NCBI GenBank assembly: GCA_020891255.1
Contig: BQFW01000012.1
Coordinates: forward strand, 1,798,001 to 1,862,000
Length of the DNA stretch: 64,000 nt
Direction: 5' to 3'
Source: Entomortierella parvispora E1425
Taxonomy: Eukaryota > Fungi > Mortierellomycota
Both the position numbers and the translations under genes were made by a program. The notes under the pieces were generated by a model. That model searched no databases and was not told the DNA's origin. It was given only the letters and a program-made list of their open reading frames with translations. Below are positions 59,729-64,000 of the stretch, piece by piece; positions within the stretch are counted from its first letter, which is position 1; each line of letters opens with the position of its first letter.

Positions 59729-62700
59729 GATGTCAAGTCATCGGATGAACAGTAGGCTCGAAAGAGATTGTGCAGCTAACTCGAAAGAAAAAAAACAAAT
59801 CATTTTAGATGTCAGCGTTAATGTCGGCTGGGGAAAAAAGGAGACGCAGTTTCATGGAACAGAAGGAAAGCAGGCGGCGCAGCGCAAGGTCGATACCTCA
59901 GCATTCACATTCTCTCCAGACGATGATAACCAGCACAGACTTTCATGGCGAGGCGATGGAACTTACTTCTGTTGTTCCTCCAAGGACTCTCGTCTTGGTA
60001 AGGACAGACAGTCGTTGCGACTCTGGATGCCTATACTTGCGGACATGCATAGCCTGTACTAAATGACACATACTGTCACTTTCTTTACTTATCTTGCAGG
60101 ACGCCGTGTGATTCGTGTTTACAACCGTGAGGCAGTGCTTCAGACGACAAGTGAATCTGTGGATATGTTGGAACATGGGCTTTCATGGCGACCTTCTGGA
60201 AACTTGATCGCGTCCAGTCAAAGACTCCCCCACCGTCATGATATCGTCTTTTTCGAGAGAAATGGATTGAGGCATGGAGAATTCACACTTCGGGAAGGCA
60301 ATGATGCCGTTGTCAAGGAATTGGCATGGAACTGCGACTCTACTGTTTTGGCTGTTTGGCTTGAGCGTGCAAGTGGATCGTGCATTCAACTCTGGACAAT
60401 GAACAACTACAAATGGTACATGAAGCAGGAGTTGTCCTATAACAGCGAGATCAGCTCGGCCGTGGCGAGTCTGCAGTGGGATGTCGAATCTGCGTTGGTG
60501 TTGCATGTCGTCACTCAGTCAGGATCCTACCAACGTAACCAGTACTGCTGGGACACCTATATCAACGAAAGACTCAGCCCTGAGAACCTTGGAACAGCTG
60601 CTGTGGTCGATGGAGCCGATCTCCTAGTCACGCCTTTCAGAGTTATGAACGTCCCACCACCCATGAGTGCCTACACCCTGACTGTCCCTTACGCCATCCA
60701 GCATGTTTCCTTCTCGTCACAGGATGGAGGTGATGACATGGCGGTTCTTTTGGCAGACCAGCGAGTGGCCTTTTTTGAGAGGACTGAAACAACCGTTCGA
60801 CCTTTGCCAGAGCCCAAGTTGATGGGTTTGATCGAACTGGCAGACATGCCTTCCGTGGCCGTTCGACAGATTGCCTGGGTTCGTCCCGACACGTTGATTG
60901 GACTTCAGTATGATAGCGACATCTGTGCCGACGCCATTGTCATGGTTAAGCTTGCATTCGATGAGGAAACCCGGGCGCCCAAGATTCTTTCCAAGACAGA
61001 TCTTCCTTTGGAGGGCGTTTACCAGCGCCTCTACTTCAACCAGACCTATGGCGACATTTTATTGCAGCAGGCAGACGGAAATTTGATGTCGGTGCAAATT
61101 CAGGACGGAGAGGATACCCCAACCGTCTCAAAGTGGATGGAGATCTCCCGCCTGCCAGAAGGATGTCTTTGGATGGGCACCACTAGGATCGGAGCAGGTC
61201 GCGAGGAGTACAGGGAAAGGGCTGTCGTTGGGCTGGCGCGGAACAACAGACTCTATGTCAACGATCGCCTGATTTCATCCGAGACGACGTCCTTCTGCCT
61301 TCACAACCACTTTTTGATCTTTACCACTGCGACCCACTCGGCTCGATTCTTGCCATTGGAGACCAGCCTTGCTGATTTCAAGATTGTCGACAACTCGATG
61401 TTGCCTTATGATGAATCCATTCGCCGTGTTGAGCGCGGATCCAAAATTGTGTTGGCATTGCCTTACTCTGTGAACCTGGTCTTGCAGATGCCACGAGGAA
61501 ATCTCGAAACAGTGGCACCCCGAGCTTTGGTTTTGTCAGTGACCCGCGACGCATTGGACAAGTGCGATTTCAGGACAGCATTTGTGACCTGCAGGAGGAA
61601 CCGTATTGATCTCAACATCTTGTACGACCACAATCCCAAGGTGTTCATGGAGAACGTTCCCGAGTTTGTGAAGCAGGTCAAAGAAGTCGATTACCTCAAC
61701 TTGTTCTTGTCTTTCTTGCGCAATGAGGATGTTACTCAGACTTTGTATCCACTTTCAGGATCTGGATCGGCACTGAAGCAGCAATTGCTCCCCCAGGCCA
61801 ACACTCAAAAAATTCAACGCTCCGATGGATCCAGAAGCAAGGCCACTGCAGTTTCTGCAGAGCAATCTCAAAAGGTCAACCAGATTTGTGATGCTGTCCG
61901 CGTGGAACTCGACAAATTGGACCGTAAGACCTATATCAACTCTGTTTTGACGACTCATGTCCGCAAATCACCTCCAGATCTGGAGGCTGCCTTGTTGTTG
62001 TTGGCTCAGCTCAAGGAGGAAGATCAATCGCTCGCAGAGGATGCACTCAAGTTTACAATCTTTTTGGCGGATGTGGACCGCCTCTTTGATGTGGCCTTGG
62101 GCATGTACGACTTCGCGTTGGTGCTCATGGTTGCCCAATGGTCTCAGAAGGATCCCCGTGAGTACCTGCCGTTCTTGAACGAACTCCGAACTCTTGAGAA
62201 GTACTATCAGCGGTTCAGGATCGATGATCACTTGAAAAAGTACGAGAGCGCGCTCAAGAACCTGAGTTTGGCGGGTGAGAAGTACTTTGAGAACTGTGTG
62301 TCCTATATTCGTCAACACAACTTGTTCCGACCTGCGTTGAAGATCTTTGGTTCCAATTCTGTCAAGCACAAGGCGATTTTGCAGATCTATGGTGACAGTC
62401 TGTCGATGAATGGCGATCATGAACAAGCTGGAGTTGCGTATGCCATGGCTGGAGAGAAGGAGAAGGCTCTCGAGTCATACAAGGAGGCTGGACTCTGGCG
62501 TGAGGCCGTTGTGTTGGCACAGCAGCTTCGATACGAGCCCTCGGCGATGTCATACTTGGCCCAAGGATTGGCCGATCGACTTAAGGTTGACAAGCGGTAT
62601 CAAGAAGCCGGTACTGTCCTGGCCGAGTATGCCCGGGATTCGGAAGAAGCCATCACTGCCCTCTTGGAAGGTCGCCTGTGGACCGAGGCTATTCGGACGG

Positions 62701-63733
62701 CTTACTTTTATAACCGCCTGGATTTGATGGATACTCATGTGGCGCCTGGTATTGCAGATGGTCATCATGACCTGATGGAGTCGATCCGGGAAATGCAGGA
62801 GCAATTCGATAAGCAGACAAAGCGTTTGAAGGAAGTCCGAGATCTGAAGATCGAGAAGGCTTTGGCAGAGGCGGCCGAGGATATGATGGCGCCAGACGAG
62901 GCACTGGATAACGTGGACATGATGTCGGATACCACTTCAATGGCGTCTGGGTTCAGTCGATACACCGCAGCGAACACTGTCGTCTCCAAGGCCTCCAACT
63001 CTTCGCGCTCGTCTTCACAGTACGTGCTTATCATCATTGGACTCTTGTGAGGGGGAATCTTGTCCAGGCACTCTTGAAAACTGACAATCTTGCTTTCCGT
63101 CACCACCCCCCATTTTTTTTCTTTTAATTCCTCTAGATATACCGCTAGACTCAAGAAGAGAGCCGACAAGAAGCGTCAGAGAGGAAAGAAGGGCAGTGTG
63201 TTTGAAGAAGAGTACCTGATCAACTCCCTTAGGAAGCTGATTCTCCGCGTTGACACCACTAAACGTAAGCAATTGAAGTGAAGATGGGGGTTACAAGAGT
63301 GGGACCATAGGAGAGGCGTATCACTAACGGTCTTTTTTTTTTTTTTTTTTTTTTTTTTTGGTATTGTCCTTTAGCCGATGTCCACGCGCTGTTGAAGTGC
63401 TTGGCCGAGTCCATGTCATTGGAGCGTGCCCGTGTGTTGCAACAAGAGTTTTCAAAGTTACTCCAGGATATCGAAGCCCAGGGGCCCATCATTTTTGTCC
63501 CTGCACCAGAGGAATACCTGGCCAAGAAGAAGGCAGCTGAGGATGCCAAGACGGAGCGCAAGAAGCTGATCAAGCAGAACCAAGCCCAGGCCCACTTGAT
63601 GTCGCGCCACGAGGAGGCCGTGGCACAAGCCCAGATTGCTCAGTTGGAGGAGATTGCAGAGCAGGACATTGCCGATATCTATGGCGAGATCCCTGTCATG
63701 TCCAAGGAGACTTGGGACGTGGATCTTGTCTAG
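58779..63733 (+). CDS. ELP1: Elongator complex subunit 1 (Iki3/Elp1)
   Basis: Exons 58779-58940, 59148-59327, 59439-59520, 59614-59694, 59809-59997, 60100-63019, 63137-63264, 63375-63733. MKNL start, AWSPDEEL, VGWGKKETQFHG, SWRGDG, SWRPSGNLIAS, FFERNGLRHGEF, LQMPRGNLETVAPR, basic KKRADKKRQRGKKGSVFEEEYL. Confidence 0.97.
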
Positions 63734-64000
63734 CCAGTGTGCCACTTTTGACCCATTTTTCTCCCCCAAAAGGAACGAAAGGAACAGAAACATCATAGGG
63801 AATAAAAAAAAGTTTTTTTGCATTTTCAACAACACAGTACCCTTCAATCAGAGAAAGAGGGAGGCGCACACACACACACAAAGAGGGAAAGGTCTAAGGG
63901 GTGCTGGAGTAACTCTCAAGACCCTGCTCATCTCCTCTTTTCAATCTTCGAAAGGAGCAGAGACTCCGTCTGAGAGAGAGAGCAAAAATGAAATTGGCAG

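Overview
Eukaryotic fungal genomic DNA with GT-AG spliceosomal introns, most likely a Mortierellaceae (Mortierellomycota) species, because the PUFA elongase is near-identical to Mortierella alpina GLELO as I recall it. I reconstructed 18 complete genes plus the start of a 19th at the left edge; exon boundaries were placed by hand. Housekeeping genes lie at both ends. Left: CBF5, NUP192/205, a coiled-coil protein, a TMX-like thioredoxin and ATS1/KTI13. Right: NAA10, RPB7, BEM1, cytidine deaminase, a RasGEF and ELP1. Between them (23.6-41.5 kb) is an accessory block with two TauD-family dioxygenases, two divergent AA11-type LPMOs (one with a Lys/Pro/His repeat tail), a family III CoA-transferase, a DAL5/ACS-family MFS transporter and GLELO. 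The top leads are: (1) a NAB (EGR co-repressor)-like NCD1+NCD2 protein, a family I know from animals; (2) a protein with a TRAK/HAP1/BICDR-type CC1 box split by an intron, coiled coils, a Spindly-like motif and a C-terminal hydrophobic anchor; (3) the TauD/LPMO/transporter block as a possible co-regulated chitin and sulfonate scavenging module. I saw no tRNA, rRNA, CRISPR array or intact transposon. All family assignments come from motif recognition by eye and need HMM or structure confirmation.
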